From the sequence record MN850584.1: a stretch of DNA of 64,000 bases; one strand, 5' to 3'. Position numbers and translations under genes: made by a program. The notes below the pieces were generated by a model, which saw only the letters and a program-made list of their open reading frames with translations, did no database searches and had not been told where the DNA came from. This DNA comes from Escherichia phage arall. Positions 7,884-16,390 of this stretch are shown here, piece after piece; position 1 is the stretch's first letter, and every line of letters starts with the position of its first letter.

Positions 7884-8285
7884 ATGAAAAAATTATTGAT
7901 CGCTGGTTTAATCTCTTTTGGCATGGTTGGAACATCTAGCGCGGCGATATCCTCCACAGTAGCAGAATTAAGCGCCGTTGATGCAATGGAAAACGTCATG
8001 CTTATTAATAATGCGATCCCCGATGAAATCATGGAGGATTCACACATGATCGCTTATGGTGCTGTTACACAACTAACGGCAAAAATAGATAAATCTATTG
8101 TTAACGGCTTAAATGAAGATGTGCCATGTGAAATTATTACCAGTGTGCTGACTACTCAAAATTTTACGCCGTGGTTAAAAAGTATTCAAAAAGTACACAG
8201 TACAGCCGCAGATCGTAGCAATGAAAAACTAGTGTCAGCACTTGCAACGTATACCCTAGCAAAATGCACCGAGATAAAAGATTGA
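7884..8285 (+). CDS. Secreted/periplasmic hypothetical protein (signal peptide MKKLLIAGLISFGMVGTSSA)
   Basis: Start moved to MKKLL (RBS GAGGCAAGAA); classic n-h-c signal peptide with AxA. Confidence 0.55.
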   Translation: MKKLLIAGLISFGMVGTSSAAISSTVAELSAVDAMENVMLINNAIPDEIMEDSHMIAYGAVTQLTAKIDKSIVNGLNEDVPCEIITSVLTTQNFTPWLKSIQKVHSTAADRSNEKLVSALATYTLAKCTEIKD

Positions 8286-8311
8286 CAACATAGAAAGCAC
8301 GTTATAAGATA
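8283..8311 (+). promoter_or_regulatory. Sigma70-like promoter TTGACA-17-TAAGAT
   Basis: Hexamers upstream of 8333. Confidence 0.5.
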
Positions 8312-8332
8312 CACACAACAAAGGAGAACTAC

Positions 8333-8635
8333 ATGAACGGCATAGCTAAAACGTTTTTTCTTTTTTCTGGTGTAAATGATCCATCAATAAAAGTCGATAG
8401 TGTAAAAGAAAACAATACTATCACCGCTAAATTGTTTCAAGATGAAACAAATAACGTGCTAATCATTAATCTTAAAGAAATAACGAAAGGTTATTATACT
8501 ATTGCTTACCATGCGATCTATCATGCGGGTACTAGTGAGGAAGTGCAAACAAGCAACAACGAAAGCGCGGCGCTACCTGGTGATCTGGTGCTGGGCGTTA
8601 TCAGTTTAATTGTCAATGATTTTTTTAAGGAGTAA
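8333..8635 (+). CDS. Hypothetical protein (100 aa), possible N-terminal signal sequence
   Basis: RBS AAGGAGAACTAC-ATG. Confidence 0.55.
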   Translation: MNGIAKTFFLFSGVNDPSIKVDSVKENNTITAKLFQDETNNVLIINLKEITKGYYTIAYHAIYHAGTSEEVQTSNNESAALPGDLVLGVISLIVNDFFKE

Positions 8636-8639
8636 AACC

Positions 8640-8735
8640 ATGCCCTATTTACATTTATTTTTCGGTATCTTATTGACAGGATCTTTTTTCTTCTGTATGC
8701 TTGTTTCTATTGTAAACCACGTTTTAAGACATTAA
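8640..8735 (+). CDS. Small membrane peptide (31 aa)
   Basis: RBS AAGGAG 8 nt upstream; one hydrophobic helix. Confidence 0.35.
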   Translation: MPYLHLFFGILLTGSFFFCMLVSIVNHVLRH

Positions 8736-8744
8736 GGAAACAGC

Positions 8745-8864
8745 ATGAAAATTATTCCCGTACAGTATAGCGTAATAAATCCAGCATATGAGGAAGGAAG
8801 GAAAACAAGCATGGCTTTATGTTGTATTGCTACTATAGCCATGTTGTTATATATTGTGTTTTAA
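8745..8864 (+). CDS. Small membrane peptide (39 aa)
   Basis: RBS AAGGAAACAGC-ATG; C-terminal hydrophobic segment. Confidence 0.35.
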   Translation: MKIIPVQYSVINPAYEEGRKTSMALCCIATIAMLLYIVF

Positions 8865-8893
8865 TAGGTTTTATAGTTGTACGCTTTAAAGGC

Positions 8894-8921
8894 TTGACAA
8901 TTTTTTGTTATGCTTTAAAAT
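8894..8921 (+). promoter_or_regulatory. Sigma70-like promoter TTGACA-16-TAAAAT
   Basis: Hexamers upstream of 8965. Confidence 0.5.
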
Positions 8922-8964
8922 ATATCTTGAAAACGGCAAAGGCCGCAAACAAAAGGGTAAAATT

Positions 8965-9288
8965 ATGAAATCTGTGATCGGTGTTTATTTGGATAACTCT
9001 GATTTTTTCTATCATCGCGCTCGTTTCCTTGATGCGATTGAAATGATAGAATCAGGCTTTAAAGAGTATCGCCTTGCACATGATGACCTAGAAGCATTAC
9101 AGGGCAATAGTGTTTTTACATTGCAAGCGAAAGCACTATGCAAAAGCCGGATCGACATTGCGAGCAAAAAGATAGAACGCGGCATGTCCTGGTTACGCAC
9201 CGCAGAAATCAACATGGGGCAATGGTACGGCGAAAACTTAGAAAATAAACGCACTTTTGTAAATGTAGAAAATCTTAAAGATTATTGA
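8965..9288 (+). CDS. Hypothetical protein (107 aa)
   Basis: Start set at MKSVIG with RBS AAAGGGTAAAATT. Confidence 0.55.
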   Translation: MKSVIGVYLDNSDFFYHRARFLDAIEMIESGFKEYRLAHDDLEALQGNSVFTLQAKALCKSRIDIASKKIERGMSWLRTAEINMGQWYGENLENKRTFVNVENLKDY

Positions 9289-9350
9289 TTGACAGCACAC
9301 CTAACAGATAGTATATTGTATCTCATAGAGCGGGGAAATGGTTTCCCCGC
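9289..9350 (+). promoter_or_regulatory. Early promoter cassette: TTGACA-17-TATATT + hairpin GCGGGGAAA-TGG-TTTCCCCGC
   Basis: Module. Confidence 0.7.
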
Positions 9351-9370
9351 CTTAACAGAAGAGATAAGCT

Positions 9371-9655
9371 ATGAAGATCACAAAAGCACTTTCCAACTAT
9401 GCAGCACGTCGCGGATTATGTTTAACCGTTGAAAATTTAGGGAAAGAAGATTTTTTGTGCTTTTGGGAGCTTGAGAATGATAATGAGTGGATCTTCTCTT
9501 ATTCTATCTGCGAAGATCAAAACGGTTGTTTATTAACCTGGCGCGGTAATATCTATCTACCGGAAGAAATCAAAGAAGAATTACCAGGCACGATCATGAC
9601 TGAGAAACAGCTTAAGGAAGTGATCAATTTTGTAGGGCAAAACATTAAAAAATAA
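9371..9655 (+). CDS. Hypothetical early protein (94 aa)
   Basis: ORF after cassette. Confidence 0.6.
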   Translation: MKITKALSNYAARRGLCLTVENLGKEDFLCFWELENDNEWIFSYSICEDQNGCLLTWRGNIYLPEEIKEELPGTIMTEKQLKEVINFVGQNIKK

Positions 9656-9656
9656 T

Positions 9657-9716
9657 TTGACACTAGGCAAACAACGTAGTAAAGTTTATCACATAGGGCG
9701 GGAAATGGTTTCCCGC
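9657..9716 (+). promoter_or_regulatory. Early promoter cassette: TTGACA-17-TAAAGT + hairpin GCGGGAAA-TGG-TTTCCCGC
   Basis: Module. Confidence 0.7.
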
Positions 9717-9739
9717 TCACAACAGAAGAGAAACAAATC

Positions 9740-9910
9740 ATGATCCCAACTATGTTTTATGTATCGCGCAAAGGTCACAATATTTTTTGGTCTGAAGATT
9801 TAAATGAAGCCATGACGTTTGCCCGTGATCGTGTTGCTATCGGTGGCGTTAACATTACTGTAACCGATGAAAACGGCATTGAATACTATAACGGCGACGA
9901 TGAAGAGTAA
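9740..9910 (+). CDS. Small protein (56 aa)
   Basis: ATG 24 nt after hairpin, RBS AGAGAAACAAATC. Confidence 0.5.
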   Translation: MIPTMFYVSRKGHNIFWSEDLNEAMTFARDRVAIGGVNITVTDENGIEYYNGDDEE

Positions 9911-9918
9911 TTAATGAG

Positions 9919-9939
9919 GCGGGGGGAGTATTCCCCGCC
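9919..9939 (+). promoter_or_regulatory. Conserved 5'-leader hairpin (GGCGGGG-GGAGTAT-TCCCCGCC) without clear -35
   Basis: Same flanking context (…GTCAATAAAGAGG…ATG) as other cassettes. Confidence 0.45.
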
Positions 9940-9958
9940 GTCAATAAAGAGGTAAATC

Positions 9959-10228
9959 ATGAAAATATCATTGGACGTTGCAATCAAGGCCATCGAATCC
10001 GGTTACACCCTGGTAAAAGATGATAAGGCTAAAATAGTGCATCATGTTAACAAGGAAACAGGCGAAAGCATGATCACATATAAAGCCGCCTACTTTCTCC
10101 AATCAGTAGCAGATCCGCGCGTACAACGCCAGGTTACAGCGGCTATTGCTAAAAAATTATGTGCTTTACAGGGCACAAGTTTTAACGAGATCGCCCCGTG
10201 TTTTGACTGGTCGAGCTTGAAAAAATAG
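9959..10228 (+). CDS. Hypothetical early protein (89 aa)
   Basis: ORF after hairpin. Confidence 0.6.
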   Translation: MKISLDVAIKAIESGYTLVKDDKAKIVHHVNKETGESMITYKAAYFLQSVADPRVQRQVTAAIAKKLCALQGTSFNEIAPCFDWSSLKK

Positions 10229-10229
10229 T

Positions 10230-10290
10230 TTGATAATATGCTGTTATCTGGTAAAGTGTACGACATAGGGCGAGGCAATAAGGCAACGCC
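10230..10290 (+). promoter_or_regulatory. Early promoter cassette: TTGATA-16-TAAAGT + hairpin GGGCG-N14-CGCCC
   Basis: Module variant. Confidence 0.5.
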
Positions 10291-10310
10291 CATTAATGAG
10301 GGGTAGAATC

Positions 10311-10415
10311 ATGTTAGAGAAAATTTTCACGGTTGTAATAGTGGGCCTGGCGTTATCGGTTGGATTGGTTGCAACTATGGCTAACATGATCCTATCTTCC
10401 CACGGTATCGGCTAA
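10311..10415 (+). CDS. Small membrane peptide (34 aa)
   Basis: RBS GAGGGGTAGAATC-ATG; hydrophobic. Confidence 0.35.
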   Translation: MLEKIFTVVIVGLALSVGLVATMANMILSSHGIG

Positions 10416-10429
10416 AAGAGAAACACAAC

Positions 10430-10594
10430 ATGAAAACAGAAATCATTATTGAAATCATCAACGGTTATAAAGAAGCCTTTATTTTTGCCGAACCAGCGAC
10501 GGATAACAATGGGGAATATATTGAGAATCTAGACGATTATGATTTTTCTCCTAGCGCCCTGAAATATACACTACTAACACCGCCAACCGTTTAA
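10430..10594 (+). CDS. Small acidic protein (54 aa)
   Basis: RBS AAGAGAAACACAAC-ATG. Confidence 0.4.
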   Translation: MKTEIIIEIINGYKEAFIFAEPATDNNGEYIENLDDYDFSPSALKYTLLTPPTV

Positions 10595-10672
10595 CTGATG
10601 CAGCTAAATTAATGCCATCGGTGCATGCTTACATTGGTGAAGATAATTTGATTTATATTGAATAAAAAGTAT

Positions 10673-10729
10673 TGACACCGATCCCCAATATGTTATTATT
10701 TACCACGTAAGCGGGAAATGGTTTCCCGC
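10673..10729 (+). promoter_or_regulatory. Early promoter cassette: TTGACA-16-TATTAT + hairpin GCGGGAAA-TGG-TTTCCCGC
   Basis: Module. Confidence 0.7.
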
Positions 10730-10753
10730 TAGGTAATCAAAAAGGTAAATACT

Positions 10754-11143
10754 ATGCGCAACCTGGTTTCTGTTTCTAACGTTGAAAAATTCCAATCTTT
10801 ACATGGTATCGTTAACAACGTGGCGCCTTTTTTAGTAAACGGCTTGATTGCAAAGATGAAAAATAAACATCATGCGGCATGGTCTGCTTACTGCTTTGAT
10901 AATGATGAAAAAGCGGCTGAAATGATGTTAAATATGCTGTTAGACAGTGTAGAATCATCTTTACCGGAAAACATCGCAGAAGAGATCACCTATCGTTATA
11001 ATATGGCGATCACTTACCAGGAGGTTGCGCAATTCAATATGATGGACGATGACGAACAACAGGATCAGGAAATGTTTTGGGAGTATGCAGATCGTAAATC
11101 GGCTTTTGATGAAAAGTTAGCGATGTATTATAACGAATATTAA
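10754..11143 (+). CDS. Hypothetical early protein (129 aa), acidic
   Basis: ORF after cassette. Confidence 0.6.
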   Translation: MRNLVSVSNVEKFQSLHGIVNNVAPFLVNGLIAKMKNKHHAAWSAYCFDNDEKAAEMMLNMLLDSVESSLPENIAEEITYRYNMAITYQEVAQFNMMDDDEQQDQEMFWEYADRKSAFDEKLAMYYNEY

Positions 11144-11159
11144 TACACGGTAAAAGAAA

Positions 11160-11184
11160 GGGGCGCACTAAGCGCCCTTTTTTG
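11160..11184 (+). terminator. Rho-independent terminator (GGGCGC-ACTAA-GCGCCC + TTTTTT)
   Basis: GC stem + T-run. Confidence 0.8.
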
Positions 11185-11528
11185 TATTCTTTTTTCACAA
11201 TGGAAGCGACACGTAAAGAATAGGCGTAAAGGTGGCGTAAAACCATCTAAAACCGACTGTAACCGCTTAAACAAGGTAGGAATGATTAATCACCTTACCA
11301 GGATGAAAAAGCTGTTATAAAGCTATCTAGGGCGTTTAAAGCACATAGGAAATAATTTGCTTTTTATCTTGCCTTTTATCCTGCTTTTGATTATTATTAT
11401 GGAACGGGCGGCACCTGGGGACAGGGGAAGATAATCACCGGAAGATCCCGCTATATATTAATAGCTAATACCTATTAAACAACAAAACATCAAAGGTATA
11501 AACTATCAAATCTTTACAATTCTACCTA

Positions 11529-11557
11529 TTGACACCGGATCACGCTTACACTATTAT
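11529..11557 (+). promoter_or_regulatory. Sigma70 promoter TTGACA-17-TATTAT
   Basis: Consensus hexamers; the ORF-track TTG 'start' at 11529 is the -35 element. Confidence 0.65.
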
Positions 11558-11603
11558 TTATCACGTAGGGCAAATCATTTTAAACGGTAAACGAGGAATC
11601 ACC

Positions 11604-11987
11604 ATGAGCAATATCATCAACCTGGCAGCGACTGTAAACGGTAAAGATTTTAACGGCGCTGTAGATCGTGATCCTATGTGGTGCTTATCAGTGTTTAAAG
11701 GCGATCTGGTTGAAGTTAGAACAACCGAAGGTTATAGCGACGATTATAAATGCGAGATCCATTTACATAACTGGTACACGGGTAAAACTTATGCGCTGAA
11801 TCATGCGTTTATCGGGAAAATTGAATATCGCGAGATGATCGACGAAGAAACCGGGCAAGATTTTAGCGAAAACGTTTATATTCGTTCAGAAACATTAGCC
11901 GAACGTTTGATCGAGAAAATGAAAGCAAAAAATAAAATTAATTTAACTCATTGGATTGATATAACAAACGATCCAGCTTATCAGTAA
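11604..11987 (+). CDS. Hypothetical protein (127 aa)
   Basis: ATG with RBS ACGAGGAATCACC; in frame with ORF-track entry. Confidence 0.6.
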   Translation: MSNIINLAATVNGKDFNGAVDRDPMWCLSVFKGDLVEVRTTEGYSDDYKCEIHLHNWYTGKTYALNHAFIGKIEYREMIDEETGQDFSENVYIRSETLAERLIEKMKAKNKINLTHWIDITNDPAYQ

Positions 11988-12003
11988 ATAACATTCCATA
12001 CAA

Positions 12004-12029
12004 GGGCGCACAAAGCGCCCTTTCTTTTT
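12004..12029 (+). terminator. Rho-independent terminator (GGGCGC-ACAAA-GCGCCC + TTTCTTTTT)
   Basis: GC stem + T-run. Confidence 0.8.
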
Positions 12030-12117
12030 ACCTCAATAAAGATGATAGCTTTTACCTATCAAAAACGTTCACCGAAAAAAGTGAATAGATCGCGGTATCG
12101 AGCTAATCAAGGAGCAG

Positions 12118-12258
12118 ATGAATAACCATACCATGAAGATCATAAGGCGCTTACAACGTGTTTTAGACCGCTTATTTTTAATTTCTTCATGCAACTATCT
12201 GGCAAAAACAGCCTTTTTCTTGTCTTTCCTCTTAAATGATAATCATTCTTATTTATAG
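12118..12258 (+). CDS. Possible small ORF (46 aa)
   Basis: Good RBS AAGGAGCAG-ATG but lies in otherwise non-coding AT-rich region. Confidence 0.3.
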   Translation: MNNHTMKIIRRLQRVLDRLFLISSCNYLAKTAFFLSFLLNDNHSYL

Positions 12259-12698
12259 CTGATTATTTATGCAATAAACTGCATAATTCAATAATGATAA
12301 TCATTCTTAACTTATGACCATCTAACCTATAAAATAATAAGTTATCTAACTAAATTAAAACTAATTATCTTACTTTTATTTATAACTTACTGTTACTATC
12401 TCATTGATAACCTTATATTAAACAACAATAACTAATATAAATCATTACTAAGCTAACTATAATCTATCTAACCCTTAAAACTACAACTATAATCTATCGA
12501 ATTGTTGCACAAAGTAACTATTAAATTGTTAGTAACATTGCTAAATAATTAATATCCTATCTATTTATGATCTAATCTTTACCTTCCTATTTATTACCTA
12601 ACTAATCATTTCATACAGTAATCATTGCATACAGTAACTATGACAAGAAATATAATTCGCAAGCGTATCATTAGCAGCCTATGCCGGACACATAGGCG

Positions 12699-12845
12699 GC
12701 TAATATTAACGCAACTACACACCCCACATAATAACCATCGGTGATGGTTATTATTTGTGTTTATGTAGCTTGCAACAATTGCAAGCGCAACAATATACAT
12801 GGTATATTGTATTCCCTTACATTGTTGCGGTGCGTTAATATTAGC
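12699..12845. repeat. Nested inverted-repeat complex
   Basis: Outer 15-bp IR GCTAATATTAACGCA (12699-12713) / TGCGTTAATATTAGC (12831-12845); inner perfect palindromes ATAACCATC-GGT-GATGGTTAT (12731-12751), CTTGCAA-CAA-TTGCAAG (12769-12785), CAATATAC-ATG-GTATATTG (12791-12809), IR CGCAACAAT/ATTGTTGCG. Confidence 0.85.
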
Positions 12846-13147
12846 TAATGTTTAGAACATTGGCTATAATATAAGCTGCATATAATAAGCTATACAATAA
12901 TAAACATGGTGAATAATGACCCTGATGATCATAATGCGCCACCCTCCAGGGGGCGCTATGTGTACACAAAAAATCTTTCTTGTCAAGAAAATATTAACAC
13001 TATTGCGCAAAATTATTTACAACTGAATAGATGATTTTTCATACTATTGCCCCTATAACATACCTCATTTGTTGAGCCTACTTTCTTAAAAGCGCAATAA
13101 ATCAGAATTATCTTGATTTTTAGGGCGTTTTATAGTATAGAAAATAT

Positions 13148-13166
13148 GCAAATGATAATCATTATC
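13148..13166. promoter_or_regulatory. Fur-box-like 19-mer GCAAATGATAATCATTATC
   Basis: 17/19 match to recalled E. coli Fur consensus GATAATGATAATCATTATC. Confidence 0.4.
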
Positions 13167-13332
13167 AGCTATCTTCCACGGGTGGCACTATTTCACGCCA
13201 GATCATTTCATTTGGCAAGGTGTATATAGATGTTTAGACTTGCCAAGCCATTGATTTACTTAGAATTTATCTGTTTTGTTGTGAGTAGTACCTTTCTTGC
13301 TTAGAAAATAATCAAAAGTCTTATAAGTCATT

Positions 13333-13365
13333 GAATGATAATGCAAATGATAATTATTCTCATTG
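13333..13365. promoter_or_regulatory. GATAAT-repeat element (GAATGATAATGCAAATGATAATTATTCTCATTG)
   Basis: Two GATAAT hexamers plus ATTCTCATT half-site shared with 2353-2409 cluster. Confidence 0.4.
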
Positions 13366-13809
13366 ATATTTGAGGGGGACGGTCGGCAGAAATCGGGGGG
13401 CGCTGAAAATCGCGTTAAGCACCTCTCGCAAGCGAGCAGTGTTTTGCGGCAAGTTATTGATATTATTGACTTTACGCTTATGAAAAGGGGGTGTGTCGAA
13501 ATAAATCGGGTATACCGGAAAATTTTTGTGGCATAGATATTTATTTGTCTATATTATGTACAAAGGGGTGTATTAAAAATAATAGGTATATATAGAATAA
13601 TTGATAGGGAAATCCTATACTAAATCCTTCATTAATGATGTTCCTATGTTGCTGTTCTTGTAACAGATGAAAAGACGCTATATGATGTGTGGCATGAGAC
13701 GTAAATTTATAAGATGCAAATAATGCTTGCATTGAATAGAAATGTCTATACACTGTGTTTCATAAGATATGCAATATCGCGCATAACAAACTACTAATGA
13801 GAGGTGTAA

Positions 13810-14127
13810 ATGAGAACCTTAGCTTTGTATATTGATCCTCACTCCATTCGAGAAATGCGAGATGTACAACAGGATTACGAATTCTACCCAGAAATTTGTG
13901 AACGCTATGAAACTATTCTTAGTTCTGTAGAAGATCCAGATACTAGTGAAACAGGTGCTTCCCACTTACTGTGGATGTTGAATGAAATTCAGGATGTGTG
14001 TAATGGTATGTCTGAAACCAAACACCATCGTTGGCTAGGCTATATTCAGGGTGTTATGGTTATGAAAAACCTTATTACAGTGAACGATGAACGTAATGCT
14101 ACACGCCCCGTCTTTAATGGAGCATAA
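13810..14127 (+). CDS. Hypothetical protein (105 aa)
   Basis: First ORF of co-directional array; RBS GAGG. Confidence 0.55.
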   Translation: MRTLALYIDPHSIREMRDVQQDYEFYPEICERYETILSSVEDPDTSETGASHLLWMLNEIQDVCNGMSETKHHRWLGYIQGVMVMKNLITVNDERNATRPVFNGA

Positions 14128-14128
14128 C

Positions 14129-14344
14129 ATGAAAAGCATTCAGGTGTGTATTGAAAATAATTGTGGTTATCTGGGATTGACACACGTTGCTTTCCCTCTT
14201 ATGTTAGATGCCGATATCGCTTACAGCGGAGTTGCTTATGTGTCATTCAAGACAATGAGCCAAGTACCTGGCTGGAAGTGGGGAGTAGTTGATGTTGTTG
14301 AAGGAGAAGATTATGTTTTCCTTCCACACGAATATACTGTTTAA
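14129..14344 (+). CDS. Hypothetical protein (71 aa)
   Basis: Start at MKSIQ with RBS GGAG; ORF-track upstream start overlaps previous gene. Confidence 0.5.
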   Translation: MKSIQVCIENNCGYLGLTHVAFPLMLDADIAYSGVAYVSFKTMSQVPGWKWGVVDVVEGEDYVFLPHEYTV

Positions 14345-14359
14345 AGAGAGGAAAAGAAG

Positions 14360-14530
14360 ATGGATAAACAAACTACTGTGTACTTAGTAACAAAGAATAC
14401 CCCAGGCTGGAGCCAATGCAGCACTGTCCCTTACAAGATCTGTGCAACACTAGCACAACGTGCAGAAGCAGAAGTGAATGCCATGCAATACAGCTATGGT
14501 GAGATCATTCCTTTTACTCTTGAACAATAA
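14360..14530 (+). CDS. Small protein (56 aa)
   Basis: RBS GAGAGGAAAAGAAG-ATG. Confidence 0.45.
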   Translation: MDKQTTVYLVTKNTPGWSQCSTVPYKICATLAQRAEAEVNAMQYSYGEIIPFTLEQ

Positions 14531-14541
14531 GGAGTTGTGTA

Positions 14542-14994
14542 ATGTTTGAAATTGGTAAAGTGTATCGTTTTAAGAACGCATCTTATATCCGTAAGTTTGC
14601 TAATGTGTCTGAGTGCAATAGCAGGATTGCTTCTTTCTTAGGTGATTCCTATTTTCGTGTATTAGATGTGGATGACTGGTATGGTGTCACTGCTTTGCAA
14701 TCCTTAGCAGGAGAACAAGAAATTATCGCTCAAAATGAAGGAGACTTTCTTCAGTGTTACACGTTACTTGCAAAAAGTGAGTTTGAGTATTTTGTAGAAG
14801 TCTTAGAGGAAGCACCAAAAAGTAAACACGAAGAGAAATACCTGCTTGTAGTGGATGGAGTTCCGATCATGGAAACCATCTCCCGTGAGGAAGTTGAAAA
14901 AGAGGCAAAACGTTACAAGCTGGATCGTACACAGAGTGTAGTTGAAGTCTATTCTCTTGTTGGTGTTGCAGATATTAATGTGACCATTGTATAA
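14542..14994 (+). CDS. Hypothetical protein (150 aa)
   Basis: RBS AAGGAG. Confidence 0.6.
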   Translation: MFEIGKVYRFKNASYIRKFANVSECNSRIASFLGDSYFRVLDVDDWYGVTALQSLAGEQEIIAQNEGDFLQCYTLLAKSEFEYFVEVLEEAPKSKHEEKYLLVVDGVPIMETISREEVEKEAKRYKLDRTQSVVEVYSLVGVADINVTIV

Positions 14995-14997
14995 TAT

Positions 14998-15210
14998 ATG
15001 TGTAATGACAGATACATTCTTCGTGTATCTGATAAGTCTCCTATGTTTGACTGGCGGGGCTGGTGGCTACTAGCTCCGATGCAAGGTCTGACAGACGTGG
15101 AAAAGGAGGCTTATGTGTATACAAAAGAAGAGATAGAAGATAACCTTTATTTGACAGATAACATTAAGAATGGTATCTTTGAGTGTAAATTGAAAGGAGA
15201 GGAAGAATGA
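14998..15210 (+). CDS. Hypothetical protein (70 aa)
   Basis: Tightly packed. Confidence 0.5.
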   Translation: MCNDRYILRVSDKSPMFDWRGWWLLAPMQGLTDVEKEAYVYTKEEIEDNLYLTDNIKNGIFECKLKGEEE

Positions 15211-15506
15211 CTATTACAGAAAAACTGCGCTGTATTGCAAAGCAAAGTGGAGAAGGTTTATGGTTTCCTATTGAGGAAATTATTCAGGACTGTTATGATC
15301 AGGCTAAGACTGGCAAATACTCCAAAGCATTTAAACCATCTGTTTTCGGTTTGGATGATTATCCAAAAAATAAACAAGCAAAGAAACGCCAAGTTGATTT
15401 GATTGATCTTGCTATGGAAGCACTACGAGAGCGTGGACTTAGTAAGGTGTATGCTTTAAACACCAAAGAGGGTTTTGTAGATTCAGTGATCGTAGATTGG
15501 CATTAA
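15207..15506 (+). CDS. Hypothetical protein (99 aa)
   Basis: Start overlaps stop (ATGA). Confidence 0.55.
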   Translation: MTITEKLRCIAKQSGEGLWFPIEEIIQDCYDQAKTGKYSKAFKPSVFGLDDYPKNKQAKKRQVDLIDLAMEALRERGLSKVYALNTKEGFVDSVIVDWH

Positions 15507-15515
15507 GGAGAAACC

Positions 15516-15884
15516 ATGCAAGAGAATAGTAAAGTGTGTAGCATGAAAAGCAGCCCCTATTTGCTACAATTTTATGAGTGGTGGTTAGAACAAGAAGATA
15601 CAAACTTTAGCAAAAAGCATTATGGTCTTTGCACGTGTCTTGTAGACTTTTTGTACAATATTGCTTGGATAAAAGATGTTGAGAATGTATCAAAGCTCCA
15701 ATCCTCTGTACGAGAGGAAATGAAGGAACAATTTAAGAAAGCGGGTTTGAACCATTTACATCCGTTTAATACGGATTTCTCGCACTACTTTACGGAAACA
15801 GAACTAGGCATTGCACACCTTAATAAAGAACGTGTACAATGGGTGATTGATCGTATTCGTGATATGGAGGAATACAATGGTTAA
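15516..15884 (+). CDS. Hypothetical protein, paralog family A (LLQFY...HPFN...HLNKERVQWV)
   Basis: RBS AAGGAG; shares blocks with 16794..17378. Confidence 0.6.
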   Translation: MQENSKVCSMKSSPYLLQFYEWWLEQEDTNFSKKHYGLCTCLVDFLYNIAWIKDVENVSKLQSSVREEMKEQFKKAGLNHLHPFNTDFSHYFTETELGIAHLNKERVQWVIDRIRDMEEYNG

Positions 15885-16086
15885 GTTTAAAACTTTCTGT
15901 GCAATCACTGTTTGTCTTATTCTTGCATACGTGTTATTCTCTAGTATCATTCGTTTAGGTGAGTATATGGCAAGAGAAGCTCGTGAAAGTGAAGCTAAAA
16001 AAGAACAGTGCATCGTGTTAAAGCACCAAAGGGATGCTGAAAAATTTCTTGAACAGGATTGTGGGCGCTATGTGAATTATAATTAG
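15877..16086 (+). CDS. Small membrane-anchored protein, paralog family B (…KEQCIVLKHQRDAEKFLEQDC)
   Basis: Start at MVKFKTF overlapping previous stop; similar to 20875..21099. Confidence 0.55.
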   Translation: MVKFKTFCAITVCLILAYVLFSSIIRLGEYMAREARESEAKKEQCIVLKHQRDAEKFLEQDCGRYVNYN

Positions 16087-16095
16087 GAGGGAAGT

Positions 16096-16344
16096 ATGTT
16101 AGATATTTTTACCTTTGATCGTGTTGGTACACCGATTACCGAAGAAGAACGTACCAAAATTGAACAAGAATTGGATGCTTTACGTGCGTCTCTTACAGAC
16201 ACAGCCTCACTACAACGTGAAGCTGCACATCTCACAGAGATCACTGGTATTCAGTGGAGCACGGAGTGGGTTGTAATTACAATTGAAGCGGATATTTGGG
16301 GACATGAAGAGACGCTACGTACCGGAGTAGTAACGGTTTGGTGA
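16096..16344 (+). CDS. Hypothetical protein (82 aa)
   Basis: RBS AGGAGGGAAGT. Confidence 0.55.
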   Translation: MLDIFTFDRVGTPITEEERTKIEQELDALRASLTDTASLQREAAHLTEITGIQWSTEWVVITIEADIWGHEETLRTGVVTVW

Positions 16345-16390
16345 TAGATGTTATTCTTTTGTGTTTCTTGATATATAAATAGGAGGGTTT

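Noticed and set aside
11529-11603. ORF-track start at 11529 for the 152-aa ORF
   Set aside because: The TTG at 11529 is the -35 hexamer of a consensus promoter. The real start is more likely the ATG at 11604 with an RBS.
11150-13800. tRNA genes in the long non-coding regions
   Set aside because: No segment showed an obvious acceptor-stem and T-arm pattern by eye. This cannot be excluded without tRNAscan-type analysis.
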